Shown here piece by piece: positions 62,297 through 64,000 of a stretch of DNA of 64,000 bases. This DNA is from an uncultured Bacilli bacterium. Its GTDB lineage: Bacteria; Bacillota_I; Bacilli_A; RF39; UBA660. The stretch's first letter is position 1; each line of letters opens with the position of its first letter. Below the pieces are notes generated by a model. That model saw only the letters and a list, made by a program, of their open reading frames with translations. It was not told where the DNA came from and ran no database searches. Where the stretch lies: NCBI GenBank assembly GCA_947624505.1, contig CANQKO010000005.1:1761-65760 (forward strand). The letters are read 5' to 3'. Both the position numbers and the translations under genes were made by a program.

Positions 62297-63634
62297 ATGG
62301 AAGATACTATATGTGCAATTGCAACTTCTTTAGGAGTGGGGGCAATATCAATTATTAGAGTAAGTGGTAAAGATACCATCAATATAGTAAATAAAATATT
62401 TAAAGGTAAAGATTTAACTAAAGTTCAAAGTCATACTATACATTATGGCTATATTTGTGATGGAGAAGAGATAGTTGATGAAGTATTAGTAAGTGTTATG
62501 TTAGCCCCTAAAACATATACAAAAGAAGATATTATTGAAATAAATTCTCACGGTAGTATCAATGCCACCAATAAAATAATGGAATTACTTCTTGATAATG
62601 GTTGTCGAATAGCAGAACCAGGAGAATTTACTAAAAGAGCCTTTTTAAATGGTAGAATTGACTTAACTCAAGCTGAAAGTGTCAATGATTTAATTAATGC
62701 ATCATCTGATAATCAAAGAAAATTAGCATTAAATAATTTAAAGGGAACGCTTACTAAAAGAATAAGAAGTTTTCGAAAAGAATTAGTATCTTTAATGGCT
62801 AATATTGAAGTAAATATTGATTATCCTGAGTATGATGATATAGAAGTAATAACTAAAGAAACATTAATACCTAAATTAAATAAATTAAAAGATGAATTAA
62901 AAAAATTAATTATGGATTCTAAGAATAGTCGAATTATTAATGAAGGAATAAATGTAGCGATTGTAGGTAGACCAAATGTTGGAAAAAGTAGTATTTTAAA
63001 TAAATTATTAGATGAAAAAAAAGCAATTGTTACTAATATTGCCGGAACAACAAGAGATATAGTTGAGGGTTCAATATCATTAAATGGCTTTAAAGTTAAT
63101 TTTATTGATACGGCTGGAATTAGAAAAACTACTGATATAGTTGAGAAAATTGGGGTAACTAAGAGTAAAAAAGTAATTAAAGATGCTGACTTAGTAGTAG
63201 TAGTTTTAAATGGTAATGAAAAATTAACTTTAGATGATGAAAAATTAATTAAAAATATTCCTAGTAAAAAAAGAATTATTTTTGTTAATAAATCTGATTT
63301 AAAGTTAAAAATTAATTTAGAAGATAATTATATATTAGGAAATAGTAAAGAAGACTTAGGATTAGATAATTTAAAAAACGCTATTATCGACAAATTAAAT
63401 TTAGAAAATATAACTAAAGATATGACTTATATTTCTAATGTTAGACAATTAGATTTATTAAAGAAAGCTTTAAAAAGTATTGAAGAGGCTTTAAATAACC
63501 TAGTAATTATGCCTGTTGATATTGCTTTAATAGATATTAAAAATGCTTGGAATTATTTAGGAGAAATAACTGGTGAAGTATATCAAGATGAATTAATTGA
63601 TACTTTATTTAGTAATTTCTGTTTAGGAAAATAG
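62297..63634 (+). CDS. mnmE: tRNA modification GTPase MnmE (start chosen at ATG 62297; the ORF track starts at GTG 62285)
   Basis: MEDTICAIATSLGVGAISIIRVSG; G1 GRPNVGKSS; DTAGIR; C-terminal FCLGK. Confidence 0.93.
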   Translation: MEDTICAIATSLGVGAISIIRVSGKDTINIVNKIFKGKDLTKVQSHTIHYGYICDGEEIVDEVLVSVMLAPKTYTKEDIIEINSHGSINATNKIMELLLDNGCRIAEPGEFTKRAFLNGRIDLTQAESVNDLINASSDNQRKLALNNLKGTLTKRIRSFRKELVSLMANIEVNIDYPEYDDIEVITKETLIPKLNKLKDELKKLIMDSKNSRIINEGINVAIVGRPNVGKSSILNKLLDEKKAIVTNIAGTTRDIVEGSISLNGFKVNFIDTAGIRKTTDIVEKIGVTKSKKVIKDADLVVVVLNGNEKLTLDDEKLIKNIPSKKRIIFVNKSDLKLKINLEDNYILGNSKEDLGLDNLKNAIIDKLNLENITKDMTYISNVRQLDLLKKALKSIEEALNNLVIMPVDIALIDIKNAWNYLGEITGEVYQDELIDTLFSNFCLGK

Positions 63635-63645
63635 GTGATTAAAAA

Positions 63646-64000
63646 ATGTATGATGTTATCGTAGTTGGAGGAGGACACGCAGGATGTGAGGCAAGTAATG
63701 CTGCTTCTAAAATGGGTATGAAAACCCTTCTTTTAACTATGAATAAAAATAATATAGCTGATATGCCTTGTAATCCTTCAATCGGGGGAACAGCAAAAGG
63801 CGTTATTGTAAGAGAGATCGATGCTTTAGGAGGATTAATGGGAATTGTGGCTGATAAAAGCCATTTTCAAATCAAAATGCTTAATAATAGCAAAGGCCCA
63901 GCAGTAAGAAGCCTAAGAGCTCAAGCCGATAAAAGAGTATATCCTAAAGTTATGTTAGAATATTTAGAAAATAATCCTAATTTAGAAATAAAAGAGGGTT
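63646..64000 (+). CDS. mnmG: tRNA uridine 5-carboxymethylaminomethyl modification enzyme MnmG, N-terminal part (runs off window)
   Basis: My translation is [63 protein letters not shown]. Confidence 0.93.
   Translation, partial: MYDVIVVGGGHAGCEASNAASKMGMKTLLLTMNKNNIADMPCNPSIGGTAKGVIVREIDALGGLMGIVADKSHFQIKMLNNSKGPAVRSLRAQADKRVYPKVMLEYLENNPNLEIKEG

Noticed and set aside
1-64000. Looked for CRISPR arrays, tRNA/rRNA genes, transposase/IS elements and defence systems (restriction enzymes, toxin-antitoxin, reverse transcriptases)
   Set aside because: None was recognisable by eye. There are no regularly spaced direct repeats, no tRNA T-arm signature (GGTTCGAATCC-like), no rRNA-like GC-rich blocks, and no nuclease or RT motifs. 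A covariance-model or HMM scan would be needed to exclude small RNAs.

Overview
Very AT-rich Bacillota (Firmicutes) chromosome segment spanning the replication origin. All calls come from reading the sequence and ORF track and from motif recognition; no searches were run.

Core chromosome, 20-64 kb:
- Plus strand: rpmH-rnpA-yidC-jag-mnmE-mnmG.
- Minus strand: dnaA-dnaN-(comK-like)-recF-gyrB-gyrA, then a ~0.7 kb non-coding island, then a minimal SRP RNA.
- The minus strand continues with tadA-dnaX-ybaB-recR-bofA-holB-ricT-(trmN6-like)-pth-mfd-spoVT, envelope and sporulation genes (spoIIR, mntP, murA, rpmE, rpiB, spoIID, a SpoIIQ-like gene), csp, hpf and secA.
- The non-coding island holds four identical perfect parS sites, bracketed by two 50-bp palindromes.
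- Variant DnaA-box clusters flank dnaA (bipartite oriC), and gene orientation flips there.

Mobile element, 1 to ~20 kb: one end of an integrative conjugative or mobilizable element inserted just past the 3' end of secA. It carries:
- a tyrosine integrase with five arm-type repeats;
- ParA/ParB;
- a thioester-domain/CnaB adhesin with a dedicated sortase;
- a 2,644-aa polyvalent protein (ArdC-like head, N6-adenine methyltransferase, SNF2-type helicase);
- a DUF3991/Toprim protein, an XRE regulator, a candidate oriT, MobC and the 5' part of the relaxase gene.

Most striking observation: a complete TnpV-family ORF with its own Shine-Dalgarno and flanking stop codons lies out of frame inside the polyvalent gene, and both frames stay open.

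Other notable points:
- a holB whose conserved N-terminus has no canonical start codon;
- a surface-protein gene with an abrupt GC-richer 3' module;
- an accessory island of paralogous secreted proteins splitting hpf from secA;
- an HExxH protein gene between oriC and rpmH.

No rRNA, tRNA or CRISPR array was seen by eye.
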